Assembly (NCBI GenBank): GCA_040081625.1
Contig: JBEBGD010000001.1
Span: forward strand, 32,001-96,000
Direction of reading: 5' to 3'
Origin: Chthoniobacteraceae bacterium
Lineage (GTDB): Bacteria; Verrucomicrobiota; Verrucomicrobiia; Chthoniobacterales; Chthoniobacteraceae
DNA: 64,000 nucleotides
The notes under the pieces are model-generated. The model was not told the DNA's origin, did not search any database, and saw only the letters and a program-made list of their open reading frames with translations. The position numbers and the translations under genes were made by a program. Of this stretch, positions 39,114 to 48,778 are shown piece by piece. Positions within the stretch are counted from its first letter, which is position 1. Each line of letters begins with the position of its first letter.

Positions 39114-39685
39114 GGCGTGTCGAGCGCGCCCTCGAAGACGTCGCGGAGCGCGAGTTGCACTTCGACTTCGGGGAAGGGGAGCACGGCGTCGAGCCCCGCA
39201 TACTCCTCCCGCGTGAAGCCGATCGGCGCGCGCCGCCACACGATCGCGGCCGCGCGCTCCTGCTCGACGACCACGTAGGCGGCCATCGACGGGATCGAGC
39301 AATACGCGACCCGCTTCTCCTGCTCGTCGGTGCGCCGCGTCGAGTCGCTGACGACCTCGAAGACCACGACGGGCTCATCCTGAAACGCGTCGTCGAGAGG
39401 ATTCTGGCGACAGACGATCTGCGCGTCGGGGTAGTAAAAGCGGATGTCCTCGAAGCGGCGCAGACGCACCTTCGTGTCGGAGTTGAACGGCTGGCAGTTC
39501 TTGCCGCGAAGCTGCGCTCCGATCGCGACGACGATGTTCGTCGCGATCCGGTTGTGCCGGTTGCCCGCGCCCGCCATCCCATACACCACGCCGCAGAGAT
39601 ACTCGTGCTTCTGCGTCGAGGCGCGCTCGGCCGCGAGGTAGTCCTCGACGGTGACGAGTTGGTCTTGGGCAGCTTCGGCGGTCAT
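39110..39685 (-). CDS. Uma2 family (PD-(D/E)XK) endonuclease-like protein
   Basis: EDYLAAE, KHEY, GMAGA, HNRI, YYPD, FEVVSDSTRRTD, YVVVEQ. Confidence 0.9.
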   Translation of the reverse strand: MTAEAAQDQLVTVEDYLAAERASTQKHEYLCGVVYGMAGAGNRHNRIATNIVVAIGAQLRGKNCQPFNSDTKVRLRRFEDIRFYYPDAQIVCRQNPLDDAFQDEPVVVFEVVSDSTRRTDEQEKRVAYCSIPSMAAYVVVEQERAAAIVWRRAPIGFTREEYAGLDAVLPFPEVEVQLALRDVFEGALDTP

Positions 39686-39710
39686 TGGTGGGGAGTCTAA
39701 GCGCGCGTCC

Positions 39711-40688
39711 TCACGCGGCAAGGGCCGGCTCCGCGAGATGTGCCGCCGCGATGTCCTCCACCTCCGCCACGCTCGCCACCCGCGCGAAACGCTCCCGCAG
39801 CCGCTTCGCCTCCGCCATGCCGCGCGAGTAGTGCATGAGCTGCGTGCGCATCGACTGGAGCGCGTGCAGCTCGCTGCCGCGCTGCGCGACCTCGCGCCGG
39901 CAATGCTCGATGATGTGCGCCCACTGCGCCTCCGGCGGCGGCGGTGCGAGCAGCTCGCCCGTCGCGAGGAAGTGCTTGATCTCCCGGAAAATCCACGGCG
40001 CGCACATCGCCGCGCGCCCGAGCATCACGCCGCGCACCCCCGTGGCCATGCGCCGCTTCACATCCTGCGGCGTCGCGAGGTCGCCATTGCCGATGACGGG
40101 GATGCGCACCGCTGCCGCGACCTGCGCGATCACTTCCCAATCCGCCTCGCCGCCATAGCCCTGCGCCTTCGTGCGCCCATGCACCGCGATCGCCTGCACG
40201 CCCGCATCCTCGAGCAGCCGCGCGGTCGTCGTGGCATTGATCGTCTCCTCGCACCAGCCGATGCGGATCTTCGCCGTGACCGGGAAAGGCGCGACCGCCT
40301 TCACCACGCTGCTCGCGACTCGTTCGAGCAGCGGGCAATCGCGCAGCAGCGCCGAGCCGCCGTTCTTGCTCACGACCTTGTTCACCGGGCATCCGAAGTT
40401 CAGGTCGAGGAAATCGGGTTTCTTCCAATCGAGCACGATGCGCGCGGCCTCGCCGAGGTGCTCCGGGTCCCCGCCAAAGAGCTGCACGCCGAGCGGCCGC
40501 TCCGCCTCGACGAAATCGAGATACTCCATCGTGTGTTCATTGCGCCGGAAGATCCCCTCCGCGCTCACGAACTCGGTCACCATCACGTCCACGCCATACG
40601 GCTTCGCGAGCTGGCGGAAGACCGTGTCGGTCACCCCCGCCATCGGCGCGAGATAGAGTGGAAATTGATCGTGAAACCAAGGCAGCAT
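39711..40688 (-). CDS. dusB: tRNA dihydrouridine synthase B
   Basis: LAPMAGVTD, DLNFGCP, VTAKIRIG, AVHGRT, VIGNGD, GVMLGR. Confidence 0.92.
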   Translation of the reverse strand: MLPWFHDQFPLYLAPMAGVTDTVFRQLAKPYGVDVMVTEFVSAEGIFRRNEHTMEYLDFVEAERPLGVQLFGGDPEHLGEAARIVLDWKKPDFLDLNFGCPVNKVVSKNGGSALLRDCPLLERVASSVVKAVAPFPVTAKIRIGWCEETINATTTARLLEDAGVQAIAVHGRTKAQGYGGEADWEVIAQVAAAVRIPVIGNGDLATPQDVKRRMATGVRGVMLGRAAMCAPWIFREIKHFLATGELLAPPPPEAQWAHIIEHCRREVAQRGSELHALQSMRTQLMHYSRGMAEAKRLRERFARVASVAEVEDIAAAHLAEPALAA

Positions 40689-40728
40689 CGGTCCGCGATG
40701 GTAGCGGGCTTTCGCGCATCCGCCAGCG

Positions 40729-42642
40729 TCACCGATTGATGATGAACGGCCCGCCCGGGAAGCCGCGTGGCGGTCCCTTCGGCTGCTTGAGCGCGGGCTC
40801 GAGCCTCGTCCTGAACTCCGGCGTGAGTGTGTCGGTCGTCGCGACCCACTGCGTCGCCGCTTCGCGATTCTTCCGCGCCCAGTTTGAGACGACACCCATG
40901 AGTGCGTTGTCGCGCTTGCCGGCGTCGCCGATCGCGAGCGCCCACGCGGTCGCGCCTTCGGGATCGTTCTGCACCACGGAGAAGGCGAAGTTCTGGATCG
41001 CGTTGTCGCGCGTATTGCCGGCGGGGATCGTCTCCAGCCAGCGCGTCGCCGCGGCCGGATCGCGCTGTCCCCAGATGCTCGCGATGCTGCCGACTGCGTT
41101 GTTGCGCGCCTCGTCGCTCTTTAGCTCCATCACCCATTTCGCCGCCGCCACCGGATCGCGGTTCGCCCAGCTCCCGGCGAGATTTCCCGCCGCGCCCGCC
41201 TGCTGCTCGGCGGTCAGCACCTTGAAGCGATCGACCGCCGCCAGCGGATCGCTCCGCGCGAGATTGCTCAGCGCCTGCCCGAGCAGTGAGCCCTTTTGCG
41301 AGCGGTCGTCGGGCAGCGCCGACGCCCAGCCGAGCGCCGCGTCGGGATCGTTGCGCGCCCATTCCGAGACGATCTGCTGGAGCGCCCATTGATTGTTCTC
41401 CGGCAGGTTGTCGATGAACCACGTCGCCGCCGCCTTCGGGTCCGTGCGTCCCCAGCGCCACGCGACCTGCTGGAACGCGTTGTCGGTCGCGTTGCCGGGC
41501 GGCAGTTCCTTGAGAATGCCGAGCGCCGTCGAGATGTCCGTGTCCACGAGGTTCTGCGCGATCTGCGCGAGCGCATTCTCGCGCAGTCGGCCCTCGGGCA
41601 GAGCGCGCGCGCCTTCGAGCGCGGCCTTGCTGTCGGACCCGGCCCATGTGCCGAAGAGGCTCTGGATGGCCTGGTCGCGGCTGCCGTCGTCGGGCAGCGT
41701 GCGCAGCCAGTCGAGCGCGGCGTGCGGATCGTTGCGCGCAAATTCTTTCGCAACCTGCTGCAGGCCCTGATCGCGCTGGTCGCCCGGCGGCAGCGCCAGC
41801 GCGTAGTCGCGCGCCGCGGCGAAGTCGCGCTCGAGCCAGCGGGTCATCGCGCGATTGCCGAGATCCCAGCGCAGCTCGGAGAGCTTCGCCGTGCGCAGCG
41901 CCTCGAGCACCATATGCGGGTCGGCTTCCAGCTTCTGATTGAGCGCGGCGCGCATCGCCCGCACGCGCAGGCCAGGGTCGGTGAGTTCCTGAGCGGCGGC
42001 GTAGGCGGACGTGAAATCATTCTCCGCCCACGCGGAGAAGACCGTGTCGTAGGCATTGGCCGAGTCGCGCCCGGTGAAGTTCTCCGCGATCAGCTTCAGC
42101 GCGGCGGCCGGGTCGCGCTTGGCGAGCGCGCCGGCGATCGTCGCGAGGCTGTCGTTGCGCGTGTCGCTCTTCTCGAGCGTGCGCGCCCACGCGAGCGCGG
42201 CGTCGAGGTCCTGCTCGGCCCAGGTGGTGAGCGCGGTGCGGCGGAGGAAGCCGGCGTTCGCGCTCCGCGGGAGAAGCTGCGAGTATTTCACCGCACCCGC
42301 CGGGTCGAGCTCCGCCCAGCGCGCGAAGAGAATGCCGAGCGCCATGTTGCGGTGGGTGAGCGGGAGCTGCATCGCTTCATTCACCGCGCCCGCCATCCCG
42401 TCCGCGCCGAGCGAGAGGCTGTATTCATAGAGCGTGCGCACGCGCTGGAACTCGTTCTTCCCGTCGATGAGCCGCCCAATCGCGCTGCTCGAAAGTGCCG
42501 CCGCATCGCTGGTGCGCGTCTCCGGAAACGGAGTCGCTGCGCCGGAGCGGCTGGAGTGCGAGCCGCCGCCGGCGAAGTAACCGATGGCCCATGCGGCGAC
42601 GAGGCCGAGGGCGAGGGCGGTGTATCGAAGTGGAGGGTTCAT
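40729..42642 (-). CDS. Membrane-anchored alpha-solenoid protein with about 16 WxxxDPxAA repeats
   Basis: N-terminal TM/signal; repeats such as WAELDPAGA, WAEQDLDAA, WGRTDPKAA, WARNDPDAA, WANRDPVAA, WGQRDPAAA at ~31-33 aa period. Confidence 0.85.
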   Translation of the reverse strand: MNPPLRYTALALGLVAAWAIGYFAGGGSHSSRSGAATPFPETRTSDAAALSSSAIGRLIDGKNEFQRVRTLYEYSLSLGADGMAGAVNEAMQLPLTHRNMALGILFARWAELDPAGAVKYSQLLPRSANAGFLRRTALTTWAEQDLDAALAWARTLEKSDTRNDSLATIAGALAKRDPAAALKLIAENFTGRDSANAYDTVFSAWAENDFTSAYAAAQELTDPGLRVRAMRAALNQKLEADPHMVLEALRTAKLSELRWDLGNRAMTRWLERDFAAARDYALALPPGDQRDQGLQQVAKEFARNDPHAALDWLRTLPDDGSRDQAIQSLFGTWAGSDSKAALEGARALPEGRLRENALAQIAQNLVDTDISTALGILKELPPGNATDNAFQQVAWRWGRTDPKAAATWFIDNLPENNQWALQQIVSEWARNDPDAALGWASALPDDRSQKGSLLGQALSNLARSDPLAAVDRFKVLTAEQQAGAAGNLAGSWANRDPVAAAKWVMELKSDEARNNAVGSIASIWGQRDPAAATRWLETIPAGNTRDNAIQNFAFSVVQNDPEGATAWALAIGDAGKRDNALMGVVSNWARKNREAATQWVATTDTLTPEFRTRLEPALKQPKGPPRGFPGGPFIINR

Positions 42643-42676
42643 CGAGCGGTTGCCCGCCATTAGTCACCCGCCGCTC

Positions 42677-44743
42677 TCAAAACGCCACGCCAAAGCTGAA
42701 GTGAAATGCGCCGAGGTCCTCGCCCTCGCGCCGGTCGGGCCGCTGCGGCTCGACTACGGCATCAATCCCGACCGGCAGCGCATAGCGCAAGCCGATGCCG
42801 AGCGCGTAACGCATGTCGGTGATGCCGGCTTCTTCCCACGTCGTGAGATTTCCGGCGTCCGCGAAGACCGCGCCTTGCAGCCCGGCCACGCCGAGCGGGA
42901 AGGTGAACTCCGCGTTGAAGGCCGTGTAGAATTCGCCGCCGAGCGGATTGCCGCTCGCGTCCAGCGGCCCGAGTTCGCGCTCCGCGAAGCTGCGCACGGT
43001 CGTCGCGCCGCCGTTGAAAAAGCGCGCATCGATCGGGATCGTCGCCGCGATCGGCTGGATCGCGCCGACGCGTGCGCCGAGGGCGAGCTGGCACTTCGCG
43101 ACCGGCAGGTAGCAGGAGAAACGCACGACTTCCCGCGTGAACGACTGCTCTCCATCGACGAGCGCGACATCGAACGCCGTCGTGAGCACCCAGCCGCGCG
43201 TGGGCGCCATGGGGCTGTCGCGGAAGTCGATCGACTGCGTGGTGCCGATGCTCGTGAGCGTGTAGTCGGTCGGCCCGAGCAGCAGCGGATCGATCGTCGG
43301 TTCGCTGATCTTCACCGTGCTCTGCTGGAGGAAGACGCCCGCCTCCAGCCGGGGCAGAATCTTCCACGCGAGATCGGCGCGGTAGCCCGTCTCCTCCTTG
43401 CGATAGCCTTCCTCCTCGCGGTTCACGCGGAAGACTTTCGCGCGCAGGTTCAGCCGTGGCGAATCCAGGAACCAGGGATCGAAATACATCAGCTCCGCGC
43501 CGAGCCCGCGCTGCGAGTAGTCGGCGGAGAATGTGAGCGGGCGCCCGGTGCCGAGCAGGTTCCGGTCGGCGAGTTGCAGGCCGACCTTGAATCCATCGTA
43601 GGTGCCGAAGCCGAGCGTGAACCCGATCTCGCGGGACTTCGCCTCCTCCGCGAGCAGGTCGATCCGCACGGTGTCGTCCGGCTGCGCGGTGAGCGACATG
43701 CGCAGGTTCGTGAAGAGGCCGCTGCGCATCAGCTCGCGGTAGGTCGCGTCCACTTTCTTCGGGTCGTAGGTTTTCCCGGTCAGGTGCCGGAAGCGCCGCG
43801 GGAGGAAACTCTCGCGCAGCCGCGCGCCCTCCCCGGTCGTGTTCTTCGCCGTCACGCCGTCGAAGCGATGGAGCGCGCCCGGCTTCACCGCTAGCCGCAC
43901 CGGCACGCGGCCCTGCTTCGCGGACGCGGGCTCGGCGTCGAGCGCGACCGTGGCGAGGTAGTAGCCGCGCGACTTGTAGAACGACTCGAGATTGCGCTGC
44001 ATCGACACGGCGGCGGTCCGCGAGAACGGGCCGTCCTGCGGTTCGCGCAGCGCGGCGAGCAGTTCGTCGCGCGGGAAGATCGTCTCCCCGGTGAACACGA
44101 TGTCGCCCACGGTGTAGCGCCGGCCTTCGACGATCCGCACCGCCACGTCCGCGCGCGTGCCGCCGTCGCTGAGCTTCACGCCCGACGCGTCCACCTTCGC
44201 GTCGAGATGGCCCTCGCTGATGTAGAAGCCGCGCACGCGATCCGCGCCCGCCGCGATCTCGCCTTCGTTGAACGGCACCATGTCCGGCTCCTTCTCGAAC
44301 TGCTCCGGCGTCACGCCGATCATGTATTCAAAGAGCGTCGCGTCCGGATGAGTCGCGTTGCCCGCGAAGCTCAGTCCGCGCAGCAGCGAGCGCGGCCCCT
44401 CGACGATCTTCACCGTCACCTTGTCGCCGGCGATCGCGTAATCGGTCTGCGCCTTCGCGAAGCCGGCCTTCCGGTAGAATGAGCCGATGTAATAAGCCGC
44501 ATCGTCCGCACGCGCCGGCGTCACGCCCTTCTCGTCGATCTCCTGGATCTGCTGCGCGATCGCCGCGCGCAGTTCCTCGTCGGTGAACGATGTCGCGCCG
44601 CTGAACTGCACCTTCGACTCCGCCGCCGGCTTCACCGCACCGAGCAGCAGGTCCGCGCCGGCGAGCGCACGGTCGAGGTTCTCGTTCTGCGCGAGCGCGC
44701 CGGAAGCCGCGAGCAGGGGAATGAGGAGCAGGGCCCGATTCAT
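42677..44743 (-). CDS. Omp85 family outer-membrane protein (BamA/TamA type) carrying a 27-bp internal inversion
   Basis: Signal peptide; POTRA repeats (FYRKAGF, FYISEGH, FYKSRGY, RSGLF); DRNLLGTG; RFFNGGATTVRSF; VFADAGN; C-terminal FHFSFGVAF; ATGA-coupled to tamB. Confidence 0.92.
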   Translation of the reverse strand: MNRALLLIPLLAASGALAQNENLDRALAGADLLLGAVKPAAESKVQFSGATSFTDEELRAAIAQQIQEIDEKGVTPARADDAAYYIGSFYRKAGFAKAQTDYAIAGDKVTVKIVEGPRSLLRGLSFAGNATHPDATLFEYMIGVTPEQFEKEPDMVPFNEGEIAAGADRVRGFYISEGHLDAKVDASGVKLSDGGTRADVAVRIVEGRRYTVGDIVFTGETIFPRDELLAALREPQDGPFSRTAAVSMQRNLESFYKSRGYYLATVALDAEPASAKQGRVPVRLAVKPGALHRFDGVTAKNTTGEGARLRESFLPRRFRHLTGKTYDPKKVDATYRELMRSGLFTNLRMSLTAQPDDTVRIDLLAEEAKSREIGFTLGFGTYDGFKVGLQLADRNLLGTGRPLTFSADYSQRGLGAELMYFDPWFLDSPRLNLRAKVFRVNREEEGYRKEETGYRADLAWKILPRLEAGVFLQQSTVKISEPTIDPLLLGPTDYTLTSIGTTQSIDFRDSPMAPTRGWVLTTAFDVALVDGEQSFTREVVRFSCYLPVAKCQLALGARVGAIQPIAATIPIDARFFNGGATTVRSFAERELGPLDASGNPLGGEFYTAFNAEFTFPLGVAGLQGAVFADAGNLTTWEEAGITDMRYALGIGLRYALPVGIDAVVEPQRPDRREGEDLGAFHFSFGVAF
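42730..42776. other. 10-bp perfect inverted repeats flanking an inverted 27-bp coding segment
   Basis: gccggtcggg (42730-42739) and cccgaccggc (42767-42776); the core 42740-42766 reads PLRLDYGIN on the + strand although the gene is on the - strand. Confidence 0.9.
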
Positions 44744-47700
44744 CGGAATCGCAGAAGATATTTCACCGACCCGGTGTAGCGCCCCTGCGTGTCGAGTTCG
44801 CCGAGGATGTAGGTCTGGTCGTTCACCTTGAACTTCGCCGTTGCCTCGCGCGCGCCCGTCTTCTGATCGACCGAGCCGAGTTCGAGCTGGAAGCGATCGG
44901 CGAAGCCCGCGTCGCCTTTTTTCGGCGGCGGTGGCGCGGCGGACGCGCCCTTCGACTTGAAGATCTTCTTCCACAGCGAACTGACCGCGAGCATCGCCGC
45001 GCGGCTCGCGAGCACGTCGGCGCTGCCGGTCAGCTCGCTCGTGGTCGTGCCGGTCGCGAGCAGCGAGACGATGTCCGCGTGCGGCAACGGCGGCTCGCTC
45101 GTGAGATGGAGCTGCGGCTCGGTCGCCTTGCCGAAGATGTCGGCGCCGACCGTGTAGGAGCGCACTCGCGACTGCGCATGCAAGTCGAGCGTCGGCTCAA
45201 AAGGAGCGGCCTTCGTGAAATAGACGTGCCCATTGTCGATCGTGATCGTGCTGAACGGCAGCGTGCCGGTGAACTGCTCGATCGTCACGTCGCCGTCGAG
45301 CCACGGCGCCCGGCCATCGCCGCCGAGCTGGAGATTCAGCGCCACGCGGCCGTTTGCGAGATTGCCCAGCACGCGGAAGGGATCGTCGGCGCGAGTCTTG
45401 ATCGCGACATCGAATGTCCACGCATCGAGCGGCGGCGGCAGCGAGATGTCCGGCGCGCTCGGCGCGGATTTCGGCGCCGGCTTCGGCTTGCCCGGCAGGC
45501 CGATGGGCAGGATGTCGATCTCCTTGAAGAACCGGCTCTGCGTGACGAACACCTCGCCCGTGACGGAGCCGGCCTTGAGCGCGCCGCCGATCTTGATGTC
45601 TGCATCCGCGCGCACGGTGATCGCGTCATTGCGCATCGCGAGCACGTCGTCGGCCTTGAGTTGGAGGTCGAAGGCGGGGTTCTGCAAATCGGTGAGGCCG
45701 ATGCTGCCACCGAGGTCGAACGTCCCGCCGCCGATCTCGCCCGCGAAGCGCTCGAAGCGCAGCGTGTCGTCCGCGAACGCGAGCCGTGCGTCGAACTTCC
45801 CGATCGCCGGCACGCTTTCATTGGCCATGCGCGCATCTTTTAAGTCGATCGTCGCCGCGCCGCTGAGCTGCGGCTTCTCGACCGTGCCGCCCGCATGAAC
45901 ATCGAGCGCGATGGTGCCGTCGATGCGGCGGATGGCGGGTGCGAGTTTTGGCAGCACGGCGAGCGAAGTCGGCGGCAACTGGATCGACACATCGAGCGGC
46001 AGCGCGGGATCGAGCTTCCCGGCTGCGGCGAGCTTCTCCACGTCGAGCGGCGCGCGCGCCTTCACGATGAGCGGGCGGATGAGCGGCTGTCGCACGGCGG
46101 CGTCGAGCGTGAGCGCGCCGGGCTGGTAGTTCAGCGCGAGGTCGAGTTCCGCCGCGTCGAACTGCGGCACCGCCTTCGCCTTGAGCGCGCGGCCTTCGAT
46201 TTTCAGTTCCACTTGCGGGCGCAGCGGCGTGCCTTGCGCGGCGAGGTGAAGCGTAACGCGACCACTGGCCGGCGCGGGCTTCACGAAGCCGGCGAGCAGC
46301 GGCTCTAGGTCGAGCTTGTCGGCTTGCAGGCTCACCGCGACGGACTGGGTCAGCGGATCGAACTCCGCGCCGCCGAGCCCCGCGAGGCCGTAGCTGATCT
46401 CGCCGGTGAGCGCGCGCTGGCCGCCCTGCACGAGTTCGAGGTCGCGCAGGCTCACGCGATCGTTTTCCCATGCGATCTGTGTCGCGAGCCGCGTCGGGCC
46501 GGAGGTCGCGCGCAGCTCCGCCTTCGCAGTGTCGGCGGTGTAGCTGCCGGTGAGACTGAAGTCGTCCAGCTCGATCGCGCCGTATCGTGCGCCCTTGAGC
46601 GTGATGCCCGCGTCGCCGTCGTTCTGCCCCGCCTTGAGCGCGCCCTTGCCGGACCAGCGCAAGTCGAGCGCGCCCTTGATCGGTTCCTTCACGTCGAAGA
46701 CCGCGAGCAGGGGATCGAGCACCGCGAGGTCGCGGATGCCGAGCGCGAGCGTGGCCTCGTAGAGCTGCGGCTGCTGGAAGTCGAAGCGGCCTTTCGCGCT
46801 CAGTTGATCGTTGTCGTTCAAGGCGACGGTGAATTCCTCGAGTTGCACCGCGTGGTCGCGAAAGCGCGCGCGGGCGGTGAGTTTGCGCAGCGCGAAATCG
46901 CCGAGCGAGATCGCGCCGCCGAGCTGGAGCTGGCCTTCCGCATTGCCTCTCGCGAACTGCACGCTCGCCTGCGTGTCGAGTTTTCCACCCAGCGTCCGCC
47001 CATTCACGTCGATCCCGAACTCGCCGAGGTTTGGCGCCTGCACCGTGAGCTGCAGCTCGCCGGGAGTGTCCGCGATGGTTTTCGCATCCGCGGGAAGCTG
47101 CACGCGGCCTGTCGCCGAGATCGTGTTGGCGCCGCGCTTGAGCGCGAACTCGCGCACGGTCACGTAGCCTTTGCTCGCCGTGAGTGCGACGCGCGCGCCG
47201 TCGATCGTGAATGTGCTCAGCTTCGTCGGGCCGAGCGTGATGTCCGCCTCGGCGTCGAGGTCGGAGAGCTGGATCGAGTTGTCCGGCGCGAACCGCACGC
47301 TCGCCGCGATGTCGCCATTCGCCGCGGGCGTCGCGACTTGATCGGCGGCAATGTCGCGCGCCTGGAAGCGCGCCTTCACCGTCGCCTTGCGCTCGTGGAA
47401 GCCGAGCGTCGCATCGAGCCCGAAGCTGCCGGCCGCCGTCACGCCGGGCGCGAAAGTGCTGGCGAATGCGGCGAGATCGGGAGCCTCGATCCGGGCGGTC
47501 GCATCCACGCCGCTCGCGAACCAGTCGTCGATTCGCCCCGGCAGCGCGATGCGGCTGTCGAGGGCGATCGTGTTTGGTCCGAACTGCACGCCGCCCCGCG
47601 TCTTCGCGGTCCCGTTTGCGAAGTCGCTCGTGAATTCGATGTGAGGAATCGCGATCGAACCGGCGGTGAGGTTTTCGACGGAAGTCTTGATCGTGCCGCC

Positions 47701-48690
47701 CCACGTGTGCGGCTTTTCGGGGTCGCCGGTGAAGTCGAGATCGAACGCCGCAAGGCGCTCGATCGGCACGCCTTTGACGCCGAAGTATTCCGCCGCTTCG
47801 CGCACGCGCACTCCGGCGATGGCGACTTGCAGGCGCGTGTCGTAGCTGTGTTCGAGGAATTCGCCTTTCGCGTGCTTCTTCTCCTCGCCGGTGAGCGTGA
47901 CGGAGAGTTCGCCGCCGAAGCCGTGCGACACGAGCGCGATCAGTCCGCGGCCTTCCGTGCGCCGCGAGGCGTCGTAGCGCAGTTCGTCGATGACGATGTC
48001 CGGGCCGAGTCGCATGCCGCGCTGGACGAGGTTGCGATTCGCGTAGCTCGTCTCCGCGCTCAGGTTTTCCCATACGGGGAGGCCGGGGATTTGGACGCGC
48101 GCGATGCGCAGGTAGCCGGTCAGTCGCGGATCAAAAAGCGCGTCGATCCCGCGCACGACCGTCTCGCTTTCCGGCGAGCGGACCCGGATGCTGAAGTCGT
48201 CGATGAGCACGCGATCCGAGAACGCCGCCGGCTTCGAGAGGATCGCGCGCAAGCTCTCGATCACGGACTTCTTCACCTCGCGCTCCTCGTGCGTCTGGCT
48301 CGGCAGCGCGATGAAGGCGAGGTCGGCGTGACGGAGTTCGTAGCTGGAAAGGAATTCGCCCACGCCTTCGCGCGCCAGCCGCCAGAGGCTGTAGTCGAAG
48401 CGCAGCTTCTCGATGCGGATCGACTCGACCGGCGTCGCGCCGTCGCCGCGTGGACTCGCGCGCAGATCGGTGATCGTGAGGCTCGTCCAGACGGTGCCGC
48501 CGAGCGCGAAGCTCACGTCGAGGTGTTGCTTGCGTGCGAAGATACGGGCGGCGATGGGAGCGCCGAAGATGATCAGCGGCCAGTGGAGCACGAGCAGCGC
48601 AAGCAGCGCCCACGCGGCGCCGCGTAGCAACCTGAGCGACCAGCTTCTCTTCGTTTTGGCCCGCGCGGGCGTGGCAGATTTCTCCGGCAT
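44740..48690 (-). CDS. tamB: Translocation/assembly module TamB (AsmA-like, DUF490 C-terminus)
   Basis: N-terminal TM anchor; long beta-rich taco-like region; C-terminal GKATEPQLHLTSEPPLPHADIVSLLATG; adjacent to the Omp85 gene; start at ATG 48690. Confidence 0.88.
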   Translation of the reverse strand: MPEKSATPARAKTKRSWSLRLLRGAAWALLALLVLHWPLIIFGAPIAARIFARKQHLDVSFALGGTVWTSLTITDLRASPRGDGATPVESIRIEKLRFDYSLWRLAREGVGEFLSSYELRHADLAFIALPSQTHEEREVKKSVIESLRAILSKPAAFSDRVLIDDFSIRVRSPESETVVRGIDALFDPRLTGYLRIARVQIPGLPVWENLSAETSYANRNLVQRGMRLGPDIVIDELRYDASRRTEGRGLIALVSHGFGGELSVTLTGEEKKHAKGEFLEHSYDTRLQVAIAGVRVREAAEYFGVKGVPIERLAAFDLDFTGDPEKPHTWGGTIKTSVENLTAGSIAIPHIEFTSDFANGTAKTRGGVQFGPNTIALDSRIALPGRIDDWFASGVDATARIEAPDLAAFASTFAPGVTAAGSFGLDATLGFHERKATVKARFQARDIAADQVATPAANGDIAASVRFAPDNSIQLSDLDAEADITLGPTKLSTFTIDGARVALTASKGYVTVREFALKRGANTISATGRVQLPADAKTIADTPGELQLTVQAPNLGEFGIDVNGRTLGGKLDTQASVQFARGNAEGQLQLGGAISLGDFALRKLTARARFRDHAVQLEEFTVALNDNDQLSAKGRFDFQQPQLYEATLALGIRDLAVLDPLLAVFDVKEPIKGALDLRWSGKGALKAGQNDGDAGITLKGARYGAIELDDFSLTGSYTADTAKAELRATSGPTRLATQIAWENDRVSLRDLELVQGGQRALTGEISYGLAGLGGAEFDPLTQSVAVSLQADKLDLEPLLAGFVKPAPASGRVTLHLAAQGTPLRPQVELKIEGRALKAKAVPQFDAAELDLALNYQPGALTLDAAVRQPLIRPLIVKARAPLDVEKLAAAGKLDPALPLDVSIQLPPTSLAVLPKLAPAIRRIDGTIALDVHAGGTVEKPQLSGAATIDLKDARMANESVPAIGKFDARLAFADDTLRFERFAGEIGGGTFDLGGSIGLTDLQNPAFDLQLKADDVLAMRNDAITVRADADIKIGGALKAGSVTGEVFVTQSRFFKEIDILPIGLPGKPKPAPKSAPSAPDISLPPPLDAWTFDVAIKTRADDPFRVLGNLANGRVALNLQLGGDGRAPWLDGDVTIEQFTGTLPFSTITIDNGHVYFTKAAPFEPTLDLHAQSRVRSYTVGADIFGKATEPQLHLTSEPPLPHADIVSLLATGTTTSELTGSADVLASRAAMLAVSSLWKKIFKSKGASAAPPPPKKGDAGFADRFQLELGSVDQKTGAREATAKFKVNDQTYILGELDTQGRYTGSVKYLLRFR

Positions 48691-48778
48691 CGATGAGGCA
48701 TCGTTACCCGCGTGTGAATGGAGGCGCAAGACGCAGAGCAGTTGGCAGCGGACGGGCGAAGTGTTTAAGGTCCGCGCG

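Noticed and set aside
39110..39685. Uma2 nuclease as a mobile element or defence system
   Set aside because: No terminal repeats, target duplication, methylase or partner genes; solitary Uma2 genes are common in such genomes.
42584..43894. + strand 436-aa ORF containing PVGPLRLDYGINPDR as a separate gene
   Set aside because: Only the IR-bounded segment looks like Omp85; the rest is antisense shadow of the - strand gene.
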